Part shown: positions 22,804-38,018 of the stretch, piece by piece
How positions within the stretch are numbered: position 1 is the first letter of the stretch
Layout of the letters: the number at the start of each line of letters is the position of its first letter
From: Octopus vulgaris
Taxonomy: Eukaryota
Assembly (NCBI GenBank): GCA_951406725.2
Contig: OX597827.1
Span: forward strand, 29,946,001-30,010,000
Direction of reading: 5' to 3'
DNA: 64,000 bases
Translations under genes and position numbers: made by a program
The notes under the pieces: generated by a model
Database searches by the model: none
Told to the model about the DNA's origin: nothing
What the model saw: the letters and a program-made list of their open reading frames with translations, nothing else

Positions 22804-24588
22804 TCAAGCCTCCTTTTCTTTAATTTCCTTCCAGCTTTTGATAGATGCTTGCAGTCTCTCTTTAGGGCCCAGCAGTAATCCGCCATCCTTCCACCTTCCC
22901 TGGTACCTCCGCTCCATTTCTTTAATGTCCAGATGAAATCTCTCACTTTCATTTAGATTGGCATGGTTCTTCGGGAAATAGTCGAGGTGTGAGTGAAGAA
23001 AGTACATTTTAGCATTCATGTTACACCCAAGCTTTTTGAAGTTTTGCAACATGGTATCACCTATGACTTTGTAATTTGAATACTTATTGTTTCCCAAAAT
23101 GTTCTCGATAACATACTTGAAGCTCACCCATTTCTGTTTTTGAGATTCATTCATGGACTTCTCATAATCTGGGTCTTTCATTAGTTTACGAATGCCAGGA
23201 CCAAAAAATATTCCTGTTTTAATTTTCTCATTGGTTATATTTGGGGATTTTTTTTTAGAGAGAGAGAGAGAGACTGCAAACATGGTCCGTCTGCAGGCAA
23301 AGATTTAACGAACTGTTTTATCAAACCCAGTTTGATGTGCAAAGATGGTAGCAGTACTTTTGTAGGTTCAATCAAAGGCTCGTGCAAAATGTTTTTGGAT
23401 CCAGGTAACAAACTTCTCCTTTGTGGCCAGTTTTTAACCATCCAGTACTTCTCTTTAGCTCTGCTGTCCCATTCCCATAAGAAACATGGTAGCCTGACCA
23501 CTGGCCTAGAAGCAAGCTTATAATTTTGTAATCTCCACACATTCGCCAGTAGTATTCTGCATACTTTATATTTAACAAAAGTGTTTTTGCATTTTCATAC
23601 GTCTCCTTTAGTTGTACAGAATGTGTCTCTGGAATGGATGACTTCTCATTCCATTGTGTGGCAAGACAGTCTTCAGCCTCCTTTTGGAGGAATCAATGAA
23701 TAGCCTCCATTCTGAGAGATTGTTTTTGATCAACAAACAGTTTAGCGGGTTTAGAATATTATAGCAAAACACCATTGATTCATCCTCAACAAAGAATGGT
23801 AACAACTCGTGTTCCCTGTGACGATACCAAGAGAAGAAAGTTCCCGATAACAAAAGCTTTTTCACTTTAAACTTAGAACCGAGAAATTCCCCTACGTCCT
23901 TTGGTAGGTTCAAATCTCTCGCCAGATTATTGAGCTCTTCCTGTGTAAATAACTGCAGACTTCCGATTTCATCAGGAGTGTAGTCATCATCTTCCTCACA
24001 TTTGTCTTCTTCATCACTATCTGATGTAACATTCTCTGAAATAAGGAGAGAGGAACAACTGGAATAGAATGTATCTAAGAATATCTGAAGAAGGAATATT
24101 ATTCCGAAATATCATATCAGACAATGGATAACTAAATTACAGCAAGTATATAGCCCATTGCCTAGATTATAGTGCATTGTTGTACCAGTCAAAACTTTTT
24201 ATTCTTTACAAACAATACACAATGCTTCAAGCGAACTACAATACTCTTCTATTTTATGTGTATTTTTTGCACTGTACCCATCAACTTTAGTAATGCAGAA
24301 ATAACAATTGTCTGTGTGGTTACTCGGCTCTCGCCACACTGTGGTCTTCCAAAAGGCGTTTCTTTTTTCTTACCGGCTTTCTAGAGTCTCAATCCCTTCA
24401 CACAGGTGCGATAAATTTTGTTTGGAGCCCAAGGTGTTTTCATCACCGAGTTTAATACCAAAATAAGAGAATTACAGAGTTGTTACAAGATCAGTTATAT
24501 TTTGTATCTGCTTAATGACAACATACCTGCCACAAATGTAGCAGGATACGTCTGGATTGTTCACGCGCTTACGCTTATATGCACCCAT
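22804..24588 (-). mobile_element. Frameshifted CMC-superfamily (Chapaev3-like) transposase pseudogene
   Basis: NNPDVSCYICG, WREPSNHTDNCYFC, WRLFIDSSKR, WDSRA, LLPSLHIKLGL.KQFVK, FLHSHLDYFP and ERFH.DIKEMERRYQGRW occur in order across several frames. Confidence 0.8.
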
Positions 24589-25839
24589 TTTAAATGGGGG
24601 TTATAAGTAACTATCACCAACGACTGACCTCTGGAATTACTAAAACAACACTAAAACATCACTTAGCAATCGTGTACCCAGCTTTTCAATGTCACGTGGT
24701 TTGTTAGAGTTGCCAACGACTGTTTAATAAATTTTATGCTGGCTGTTATTTTATTTTTGCTAATATTAAGTCAGTATTGGTTTATAGCAATCTATTTATC
24801 TATTTTGTTGAGCAAAATAAATCAGTTAATCACTGTCATTAGGTTCCCTGATACTATAATACTAAAACAAAATGCTTTATTACAGAAAAAAAACTAATCG
24901 GGGTGGAGAAAAATTAATTACAGATCTGAAATCCGTGTAAAAAATTGCTTTAAAAAGTTACGTTGACATTCAAACATAGAAAATCATGCAAACATATAAA
25001 GAGAATTTTTCTCTCGGGTCAATTTCTGCAACGCATGTATTTCCATGTCCGAGTATACACGAACATGTTGAATATGACTGTGCTTACGTATGTTTTGTGT
25101 ACCCTCTTAAAGAATAAACCGCAAGAGCTATTAATCAATGTTATATGATTTTCTAAATTCATTTTAATGGTTTTTGTCTCCACAACCCCTCCAAGACCGA
25201 TGACATCGAAGCAATTAATGTTCCATTTTAAGTTTCAATCCGACATTTGCAAGAAAACATGTATAGCTAGAGAATTTCAGAGGCAAGATATTCTGGAAAG
25301 AAAACACTAGGCTTAGTGGTTATTGATGGCCCGGAGAGGATAGATCATAGATGACGATAAGTGAGTCGTGAATGCCGGGGTGATGACGACATAAACAGAA
25401 GAAACCTTTGAAGTATAAACACGATTTCTGCTCTTGCAGTGGTGTGTACATTTCTAAAGGATTAGTTTATCGAACTATGATAACAGTGAAACAAAAGGTT
25501 ACATAGACTTCACTGAAAATCCATTTAATATCTATTCGCACAACATCAACTGAGAGAAAAGCCTTACTACTTCACTATCGAAGTAAATCTAAAATCTAAA
25601 TGATGAAAATATTAACAATCATGAAATCATTTGTTCTGTTGTATATTACACGCATCTCCCGGCATCAATGATTTAAGAAGTTGCTTTTTACCATTTTAAA
25701 TAATAGAACTCAGCTGACAATTTCTTGATGACTTTTTATTGCAATTTACAAATTTCCGATAGTGAAATATCCGGTACACTTAATGGAGTAGCTACACCCT
25801 CAAATATGATCCTATAGGATCATATTTGAGGGTGTAGCA

Positions 25840-26110
25840 TATTTGAGGGTAATGTACACTTGGAAAGAGGTATCATCACTCATGTCGATACCCAGGTCCC
25901 TCGTTGATTTAGGCTTTGGGATTGAAATTCCCTGTGGACCGGTGTACCCTGTAAGTTTCATATTCAGTTTTGGACGTTGGTGGCTCAGGGCTTGGAATTT
26001 TCCAGCATTAATCTGCATATCATTATTCTTAGCCCATCTGTAAATTGAGACCAACTCCTGCTGCAGATGTGCAACATCGCTGTGGTTCTCTTTTTTCTGC
26101 GAGACTTTCG
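25840..26110 (-). mobile_element. CR1-group RT fragment
   Basis: [38 protein letters not shown], homologous to ORF2 at ~16300-16560. Confidence 0.85.
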
Positions 26111-26212
26111 TATATATATGAATATATATATTGCAAATAAGAAAATGGAGAAGCACAATAGTTGGTTCATCAACTTTAGGACATTAAAATGTTAACTTAT
26201 TTATTAAAATAT

Positions 26213-26285
<73 letters not shown>

Positions 26286-26289
26286 TATA

Positions 26290-26745
26290 TATTTAGTGTA
26301 GGATAAAAATATTTTTCGAAAGGAAAAAATTTTATCAATGGCCAGCATATTAAAAAATACCTTTAACGGTTAAAATTATAAACAACTTATAAATAAGGGC
26401 AAACGAAAATATTTCTAATGCCAAATATGCCGAAAATTGGACATATTGTCCATAACCATATAATTTTTCACAATACGCACGCTACTCGAAAAGAAGCCGA
26501 CAGAAATTTCTAAAAAAATCCATTATTACCATATCGGACAGATTTCAGGGTTAGTTCGTAAGAAACCTCCCTTCGTCAGTGATAAATATGGCAAAGAAAT
26601 AAATGAAATACTTACTCATACCCATAGAAGAAGCAAAACACTAAGTCGTGAGCACAACTAAGTACCCCAAATACATCCAAAATAGAAATACTCCAGCCCA
26701 TTCAAGACACGTGCGATTTGAACTGAGGTTCTCACAGAGTGAGTG
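26290..26745 (-). mobile_element. Hammerhead-bearing non-coding repeat (Penelope pLTR-like); further copies at 30235-30680 (partly inverted) and 32050-32175
   Basis: Three copies share sequence; hammerhead core present in two. Confidence 0.7.
26526..26585 (-). ncRNA. Type I hammerhead ribozyme
   Basis: Minus strand reads TTATCA-CTGACGA-AGGG..CCCT-GAAA-TC tgtcc GA-TA-TGGTAA. Confidence 0.85.
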
Positions 26746-26899
26746 TATCTTTATTATGATCATGGTGATCTTACATAGAATGGGACAATACAGGACAAAC
26801 AAAAGACAAAGATGTTACATGAGTTCGCATGATATAAATGTTAAAAATTTACTTAAATAATATGTATTTTATATATCGTTTGAATTTTCCTTTAAATAG

Positions 26900-29800
26900 A
26901 ACTTTGATTTAAACTGAAACTAAATCAAAGAATGACACGAACAAAACGTTATGGGTCGCACCCGGAAGCCTGTAAGGTCCAACAACGAACTTTTCCTTTC
27001 CTCAATGATTAAGCTGGGTTACTAACACCCACCTTTCTCATTACATCCTTCCATCGTTTCTCGAATACTCTCGGGGGCAGGGTCCTCCTCTCTAGCCCCA
27101 TCTTGCTCTTCAGATGGTATCTGAAGTAGGTCAGCAAACCGGGGCCTGAGATGAAAGACCCTTTCACTGCACCTTCCATTCTCGTTCTCCAGATGCACTC
27201 TTTCAATATTGCAACCGTACAGTAAAAACATGCCTTACCTTCCTCTGTGAGTCCAGCTGGCGGTATCATCTTTATCATAGATTCAGCTGACAGCTGTACT
27301 TGCCCCAAATGCGACAGCACGTGTTCGACGTAACTTATCAAGCTAGATAACTCCCGACATTGTACAATAGCGTGCTGGACAGTTTCCTTGTCCACCCCGC
27401 ATCTTGGACACGTCGGTGATACTGGTACTCCGTGTCTGGATAACTTATCTTGAACAGGTAAAGCGTTCCTATAACACTGCCAGGTCAGGGATTTTTGGAC
27501 GTTATCCAAATACCCCGACCTGAAAGTTTTTTAAACAGGTTGGTGAGTTGGTTCTCATCGAACCCCAGAGCCCCTCCTAGGACGTCATCGTTTTTACCTC
27601 TACCAGCCTTCTATAGAACACTGAGGTGGTATTCCCGCTGCTGGCTTTGCCCGCCTTGTGGATCAGCCAGAGTGCCTGACGGCACTCTTTCTGCCATGAA
27701 GTGAAGTTTCGTCTTTTAATGAGACCGGGTTTAAATCTCTCCAAGGAGGCCGGTCGCGGCAAGAACTCCTCCGCAAGCGGACTCCACATCTTATCACCCT
27801 CCAGGTGGCACCAGAGATGTCTCAGCCTCAACGCATGTCTGCGCATCATCAGCCAGGGCATCCCCAGTCCACCCTTTAACGGTTCCTGGCAGCAAACGGA
27901 GCGCTTCACAAGTGGCTTTCCTCCCTTCCACAAAAAGCGGAAGACGATTCGCTCCAACTTGTTCAGCCACGAATCGAGGCAAGGCACCACGGACAGGCGG
28001 TAGGTGATTACAGATGCTATAAACACCTGCACCACCTCCGCCCTGCCCTTCAAGGACAGAGGGCCTTCCGGACCACTTCCGTACTATGGCCTCCACCTTG
28101 TTCACTACCTCGCTCCAATTTTTCTCCGCCTGTGAATCCGGACCAAACCAAACTCCGAGCAACTTAACAGGATCATCTGTTCAGTGTCCGACGACACTGG
28201 ACGATATCGGCTTGTTCCTCCAGGTTCCGAGGCGCAAACCGATCGACTTGTCCTTGTTAACTTTTTCCCCTGCCACCTCTTCGTATCTTCGGAGAGCACC
28301 TTCTACACGAGGTAGTTGTGCTTCGTCGGACACGATGAAAGTGACGTCATCCGCATAGGCAGAAACAGACCTACCGCATCCGATTTCATTTGGGTTGCCT
28401 CCTAACTTCTCCAACCTCCGCAGTAATGGCTCAAGAGCCAAAACGAACAGAAGCGGAGACAAGGGACACCCTTGGCGAACAGAACGCTTGATCGAAAACG
28501 GCTCCGTTAGGTAGCCGTTTATCTGGACTGTGGACTTGATGCCGTTGTACATAGCGGAGATCCACCCGCGAAAGCCAGGGCCCAGCCCAGCCGCTTCGAG
28601 GACCGCCCCCAGGTACTGATGGTCTACCCTATCGAACGCTTTACTTTGGTCTAAATGGACCAATGCCCCTCCCTTGCCGGCTAATTTCCCAATCCTATCT
28701 TATTTGACAAATGTTCCTGGAGGAGCTTTCCTTTGAACTCCTCATCTCCGGCTTTCGCGTATCGCGTGTCGGGTTCTCCTCCAGTTATTTTTTTAAATTA
28801 GTTGCGGCCACTCGTCCTGATTAGTCTCAACACTCTCTCGTTTTTTTCGTTAAACGCTATTACTTTTTCGCTTTTTTAACACCTTTGAAACCAGGGTGTG
28901 GGGTTTATTAAAAAGCTGACCTACAAAAGTAGTGTTAGCTGGGAGGGTTTGAGGAATTTTATGCTGTTCGTGTGCGATTGCATTTTTTCTCTTTGTTTGG
29001 AGAGGGGAGTCCGGGGTGTTTTCTTTTTGTCGTTTGTACGTCACGATAACAAAATCCATCTGTACGCCTTCCTTTTGTATTTTTTCCTCTTCTTTTTTCT
29101 GTTCTTCGTACTTTTTTCCGCTTTCTTTTTTCTCCTCCTTTTGTTTTTCACTTTGCTCTTTTTTCCGTTTTCGTCGCTCTTCTGCCTCACTGCATTTTGG
29201 GGAGGGACTTCAACTGTTGTTTTTTGGGGTACAAGTAGAGCGGACGTGGCCCTTCTGCCCACACTTAAAGCATCTGGGCCTACATCCCTCCACCGACACA
29301 CGAATTGTGTCCCTCCCCTACGTCGATCCTGTCGGGGTTTGGTTGTCCCCTTGAACAACCATCTCCAAACTCTGACCCTTCCAGTTCGTTTCTTCTTTCA
29401 TCCTCATGCTTAGTATTATTACCTTAGCTTCCACGTCGTACGCGACTGCTGTTGCTGCCCACATCACATCGTAACCGGCCGGTATGTCCTCAACTGTAAT
29501 TTTCACAGTTCGCCGGCATAAATATGTCGGCAACAACATAATTTCCTCGTTTTTGAGAGTCTCCGTGGATATCTCCTTTGCTACGTTAGCCGACTCGAAT
29601 TGCGCTTCAACTGTAGCGCTTCGTACATCTCGGCTAACGTAGCGTACTTTGTTCCAGATGGGAGCCATGCATCGCTCAACCTCTTCGTTCTTTACCTCGG
29701 CAATTCTCTTCTCCTTAATGTTAAACACCTTATATACAACTGTTTTCTCTCGAATAGCCTGGACAGTTTCCGGGGGCGGTACCAGCTTAGTCTCTTCGCC

Positions 29801-30225
29801 ATTTTTTACAATGTATTTTCTGAACTGGACGAGCTTGTCCATTGCAACTTCCAGTTCGATAACTTTGCCACCTACTGCAGCTGAAAAGCTTTGTTTGACC
29901 TTGTTGACCGTTTCGTTTCCGATGTTTTTAACTGTTCCCATCTCGGGAAAATCCTTTTTCGACGCAAGGTCACACTCCATAGTATCCAAAAAATAAATAA
30001 CCTTGTCGCAATTGACAAGAAATAATTATAAATGCAGAAATTTCTGCCCCGTAGGGGGAAAATTACTGTGTGTCGTAAGACAACAGTTCAAAAACAAATA
30101 CACAGAAAACACAAACTGGGACGAACTCACAATGACAAATAAGCAGCAATAGAAGTACACGCGCAGTCGAGAATAAAGAAAACGGAACTGAAACTTTCAC
30201 AGAGTGAGAGTCCGGAAGTGAACAT
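26900..30225 (-). mobile_element. Tx1/L1-like LINE with internal deletion and frameshifts
   Basis: ORF1-like 29989..29318 with a Lys-rich continuation; RT LDQSKAFDRVDH, VRQGCPLSPLLF, YADD; C-terminal CPRC..ETVQHAIVQC zinc knuckle. No endonuclease region is visible. Confidence 0.88.
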
Positions 30226-30616
30226 TTAAATTTATATTTAATGTAGGATAAAATTTTTTTTCGAAGAAAACAAAAACTTTATCAATGGCCAGCATATTAA
30301 AAAAATACCTTTAACGGTTAAAATTATAAACAACTTGTGAATAAGGACAAACAAAAAAATTTCCAATGCCAAATATGCCGAAAATTGGACATATTGTCCA
30401 TAACCATATAATTTTTCACAATACGCACGCTACTCGAAAAAAAGCCGACAGGACTCTCTCATTTCTGTGAGAACCTCAGTTCAAATCGCACGTGTCTTGA
30501 ATGGGCTGGAGTATTTCTATTTTGGATGTATTTGGGGTACTTAGTTGTGCCCATGACTTAGTGTTTTGCTTCTTCCATGGGTATGAGTAAGTATTTCATT
30601 TATTTCTTTGCCACAT

Positions 30617-30676
30617 TTATCACTGACGAAGGGAGGTTTCTTACGAACTAACCCTGAAATCAGTCCGATATGGTAA
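30617..30676 (+). ncRNA. Type I hammerhead ribozyme (inverted copy of 26526-26585)
   Basis: TTATCA-CTGACGA-AGGG..CCCT-GAAA-TC agtcc GA-TA-TGGTAA. Confidence 0.85.
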
Positions 30677-30689
30677 TAAACTTAGATAA

Positions 30690-32050
30690 ACTTAGATATG
30701 TTTCGACCAAAGATTGGTCCAGGCCATGTCTAACTTAATAGCACCACCTGATAGGATTATTCGAATCCTGTTTAAGTCAAGTTTTGTTCAAGTAGTGAGT
30801 TCTTGTTGGGTGAGTTGTATCCAATTATGGGTGGCTTATCTGGTATTCTTTGAAGGAATCTATCCAGACTCTGTTTAAAGTTGATGGGATCCTTTTCCTC
30901 TTTGATCTCCCTCGGGACAATGTTAAATAGGGCAGGGCCTGTTGAGGAAAAGAAATTATGTTGCAGTGTACATGTATGCTGTGATCTTGAATTGGGCAGG
31001 GGACGTATAGCCCGTGGTCCAAGTCTTGGATGAACCTTGAAGCTAATGTTTAGGTCGTTTGGGCAAAGTTGGCGGTATATTTTCCACATCGTACAAATGA
31101 TGTACCGCTCACGGCGACGCTGGAGGGATTAAAGTTTCAAGGCGATCCCAATAATCGAGAGCAGCCATGCCTTCAATTTGTTTAGTGAGTGCCCTCTGGG
31201 GTGACTCAATTCTAGAGATGTTTTGTCTTGTGTGAGGAGACCACAGTGGGCAGCAGTATTCAAGGTGTGGCCGTACAAAGGAGGAAAAAAGTGGTATGAT
31301 GACACCTTGTTCTCTGGACCGGAAAGTTCTTAAGATCCAGGAACTCATCTTACGAGCTATATCGACCTTCTTGTTGATGCGTGCACTCCAACTGAGATCG
31401 TCATCAACAATTACACCCAGGTCTCTGATATTGTTAGAGGCTGTGAGCGGTTCCCCTGAAGGAAGAGAGTATGGTTGTTTTAGTGAGGAATTTCTTCCAA
31501 AATGCATCAGCTCAAATTTTCCCTCATTCAGTTGCATTTTGTTTCTGTCTGCCCATTGACTCACAGCATATAGATCAGACTGGAGTTGAGTTCGGTCTGC
31601 TTCTTCATTGACGATTTGCTGGAGTTTAGTGTCATCAGCAAATATTTTCACTTTGCAGTGATGTACGACACTGGAAAGGTCGTTTACGTAAATTATGAAG
31701 AGTAGCGGACCCAAAACAGTTCCCTGGGGAACACCGCTGGTGACTTTTGCTGGGTTTGAGTGGACTCCATCAACTACAACATGTTGTGTTCTATTCGCCA
31801 GGAAATACTTAATCCAGTGTAGAACTTTTCCACGGATTCCAAAGTTTGCCAATTTTGAGAGTAGGATGTTATGGTCTACCCTGTCGAACGCTTTACTGAA
31901 GTCAAGATATATGACGTCAGAGTTCGAACCTGTTCCCAAGGCTTTGAGTACATCTTCAATGTGGTGTAAGAGCTGTGTTAGACAGTCCCTGCCACAGCGA
32001 AATCCATGCTGATTTGCATTTAGGAGTTTGTGGGTCTCCAGGAAGTAATG
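30690..32050 (-). mobile_element. 5'-truncated CR1-group LINE (second subfamily), RT and 3' end
   Basis: [42 protein letters not shown]; frameshift near 31110. Confidence 0.92.
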
Positions 32051-32536
32051 GAATTTTTTAGAAATTTCTGTCGGCTTCTTTTCGAGTAGCGTGCGTATAT
32101 GATTATGGACAATATGTCCGATTTTCGGCATATTTGGCATTAGAAATTTTTTCGTTTGCCCTTATTTATAAGTTGTATATGAATATATATATGGATATAT
32201 ATATGGAGAAAGAGATTAAGAGAGGAGAGAGAAAGGGAGTAAGAGAGAAGAGAGAAGAGAGAAAGAGAGTAAGAGGGAAGGAGGGGAGAGAAAGAGGGAA
32301 AGAGAGTAGGAGAGAAGAGAGAAAGAGAGTAAGAGAGAAGGGGGAAAGAGAGTAGGGGTGAAGAAAAGTAGTAGTGAAGAGATGTAGGAGTGAAGAGAAG
32401 TAGGAGTCGAGGAGGAGGTTAGATGAAAAGGGGGGGGGGGAGAGTTGAGCCCAAATGGAGTAAAAGAGCGAAGAGAGAAGATTAATCCCTGTTCACGGCG
32501 ATATATATATATATATATATATATAAATATATATAG

Positions 32537-32603
<67 letters not shown>

Positions 32604-32731
32604 TAGATATATATATACATACATATATATGTGAATTTATATATATATATAATATGTGAATTTATATATATATACATGAATATATATGTATGAATACATA
32701 AATATATGAATATATGGACATCTGTACATCA

Positions 32732-32778
<47 letters not shown>

Positions 32779-33271
32779 TACATATATATAAACATATATA
32801 TGTACTATATATATATATATATATATATGTAGACACGGATGTACATGTGTCCATATATACATCGTACGTATGCCTGTATATATATATGTATGTGTGTGTA
32901 CATGTGCGTGTGTATGTTTGTGGTGGAGTGCGTGTATGTGTGAGTGTGTTTACCTGCCCCTATATGCGTGGCACTTTAAGGTGTCTCATTCCCTCGTTTA
33001 TGCTTGTTCGTAACCATGTCCTTTTAATGGCGGCAGCTCTATCGCTGCTATTGTTATTGTTCTCATCTCCTCGTTTTCGTCGCGGTTCATAATTCCTGTG
33101 CGCATAAGAATAATGTGGGATGGAAACAGACATAATTTCTGTAGGGGTGCACATCATTTGAAGTAACGTTATGTAGGACATATCTGTACAAAAAGAATTT
33201 TGAAAAAAAAAGAACCATTTATTTTGGTCGTGGTTTATGTATGTATGTATGTATGTATGTATGTATGTATG

Positions 33272-33307
<36 letters not shown>

Positions 33308-33506
33308 CATGTTTGTATGAATATATGTGTATGTGTATGTAAGTATGTATATATGTATGTATTTATATATGTATGTATATATGTATGTATGCATGTATGC
33401 CTATATATATATATATATATATGAATGTATGTATGTCTATATGTATGTGTGTATGTATATATGTATGTATGTATGTATATGTATGTATATATGTATGTGT
33501 GAATGT

Positions 33507-33571
<65 letters not shown>

Positions 33572-34449
33572 TTATGTATGAATTTTATGTATGTATATAT
33601 GTATGTATACGCTTGAATGTATGTATTTACGTGTGTCTATATATATTTATGTATGAACGACGTATATTTGTGTGTTTCCATGTACTTATGAGTGTATGAA
33701 CGTCTGTATGTTTGTATGTATGCATACGTGTGCATTTTTGTATGTATGTATTCATGACTATATATATGAATGTATGTATGTATGTGTGTATGCTTGTGAG
33801 TGTGTGTCCGTGTGTGTGTGTGTGTATGTTTATGTCTGTGTTATGTAAGTATTTTACTATCATCGCAGTCATGACGATTCACGGTACAATAAATAGAGGA
33901 ATCTCGGTCAGAGGTCTTTTCATAAACTCGTTTCATTTCTGTTTAATCTCCAAGAATAATTATCCGAACAAGAATCCAATTCCCTTGTTTATATGTTATC
34001 CATAAAATCACCGTTACATAAGTTGGCACTGATATTCTTTTCTACTCTAGGCACAAGGCCCGAAATCTTTGTGAGGAGGTGGGGAGGGGCCGTCGATTAG
34101 ATCGACCCTGGTACGCAGCTGGTACTTAATTTATCGACCCCCGAAATATGTTGACACTGATTTTGCAACAGTAGAAGACACAGGGACTACAGATAAGGAT
34201 AGATAAATAGATACAGAGAAGGAGAGAGAGGGAGAGAGAAACAATATTTCCACGGGTTTACGGTTTTGCCTTTTGTGAGCTAAGGGCTACAACTTCTGCG
34301 AGATAGGGGTTACGATGTGTTTGAGTTTTTACCAATCGGCCAAATGTCGTATTAGCGTTCTGAGATAAGTACATGAGTGTAAATATAGCTACAATATCCC
34401 TAGTACGTAAGCAGTATTCTAATAGGGGTCTAACTTGAACTGTCCAAAC

Positions 34450-35312
34450 CAGTGTTTCTCAACCCTTTTTCTAAATCATGGACCCCTTTGGTTCCTATCG
34501 CTGAAGAAAAAGAAAAACCTTTATATTTCAGATTTAACAGAATTCAGTATATTTATTTCTTTATTGCCCACAAGGGGCTAAACATAGAGGAGACAAACAA
34601 AGACAGACAAAGGGATTAAGTCGATTACATCAACCCCAGTGCATAACTGGTACTTATTTAATCGACCCTGAAAGGATTAAAGGCAAAGTCGACCTCGGCG
34701 GAATTTGAACTCAGAACGTAACAGCAAACGAGATATCACTAAGCATTTTCGCCCGGCGTGCTAACTGTTCTGCCAGCTCACCCCCCTATAGAATTCTGTA
34801 TATTGTTCAAGCGGAATTGGGCCTGGAGGGAAAGGTCGTCTCTTTGATATTTGTAGTAATTGTGTTTTTGTACTGTTAAAGGAGACTCTATTGTCATGTC
34901 CGTTTTAAGGAACGGTTACAGTATTTCTATTCATGAAAGACATGCTTGTCTGGCGCTAGGTGTGTGGATTGCGTGTGAATAATTATTACATTCATGAGGT
35001 TATGGAGAAATGGAGGTATCATTTCTGAAGCAGTGTGTACTTTTAAAAGCTAATTTATGCATAGGAAGAAGAGTGTGCAAGATATTGCCGAAACATTGGG
35101 TACACAAGCTGATAGAGCAAGGGTCGGAGAGGGTCCTTTGAAGGCACCCTGCCAGAAATTTCTCGTCGGTTATCTGAATGAAACCTTTCGACTGAAGTTA
35201 AGTAAAAGAACAAAAAATAACCTCTCATATAATACATTGGAAAGCTTGATTTCTGTCGAGGGTAGTAACGACATTGCCTTCACAGAAGTTCTTTTTGGCT
35301 AGTAACCACTGG
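34450..35312 (+). mobile_element. Possible hAT remnant (with a SINE inserted)
   Basis: CAGTGTTTCTCAACC left end and weakly matching ..TAACCACTG right end; KRTKNNLSYNTLESLISVEG resembles the hAT dimerisation region. Confidence 0.4.
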
Positions 35313-35619
35313 TATGCGACGTAGGAGGTCCATCGGGAAGGGATATGAAATTAGATAAAGGCCGTAGACGCTGGACGTTAGAGTAATGAGGTGGTGATTG
35401 GTAAATACCAAAATGGCGACCATTGAGAACTAGACATAACGTCGAGTGGCTTTAGGAAAGGGAGACAGAGACAGACAGGCAGACATACAGACTGACAGAC
35501 AGACTGACTGACTGACAGACAGTTAGTCAGACAGACAGGTAGCCAGGCAGTCAGAAAGACAGACAGATAGCCAAATAGATAGACAGATAGATACATGGAT
35601 AGATAGATATGTTTCTTTA

Positions 35620-37410
<1,791 letters not shown>

Positions 37411-37820
37411 TAGATCCCTCTATCTATAGTAACCAAGCACACAGACACATATCTGCTACAACACCACTATCTGTTTTTTTGACATCTACCCATCCACATA
37501 CACATTCACGCACACACATACACACACATAGGTATTAATATAGTTATATTCATTCACTCACACAGACACTCATTCACAAAAGAATTTAACAAAACCCACC
37601 ATACATACGACCTGTTCCAAATCACCTTACTTTTCGTAGGCCTCTCTCCCCCTACTTCGTTTGAACTCTTGAACCTTTAGAACCTTCTAGAATTTTCTAC
37701 ATTCAACCAGTTTGACGTCACTCCTTATAAAGGAATATTAAAGAGACACTCATTATCATTACCGCTATGCGCTCCGTGAGAGCAGTCATCTAAAAGTTTT
37801 TTGTGAATCTTGATGTTGAC

Positions 37821-37930
37821 ATAAATTCCTTGTTTTTCCTGATGAGAAAGCGGCATAATGTACTCTTTATTCCTTCACAATTAGGAATATGCAGCCTTCG
37901 AAACATATGTAGAAAATAAAGGAAATTTGT
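37821..37930 (+). ncRNA. Type I hammerhead ribozyme, same family as 7408-7521, in a solo pLTR-like segment (~37440-37960)
   Basis: AAATTCCTTGTTTTTC-CTGATGA(37839)-GAAAGCGGCATA..TATGCAGCCTTC-GAAA(37900)-CATATG-TA-GAAAATAAAGGAAATTT. Confidence 0.85.
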
Positions 37931-37967
37931 CGTTCAACTCCATTCTTTCATTTATTCATATATATAA

Positions 37968-38018
<51 letters not shown>

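Noticed and set aside
20860-25620. Short exon-like stretches in the non-repeat gaps (20.9, 22.1, 22.5, 25.4 kb)
   Set aside because: No consistent frame, recognisable motif or paired splice sites.
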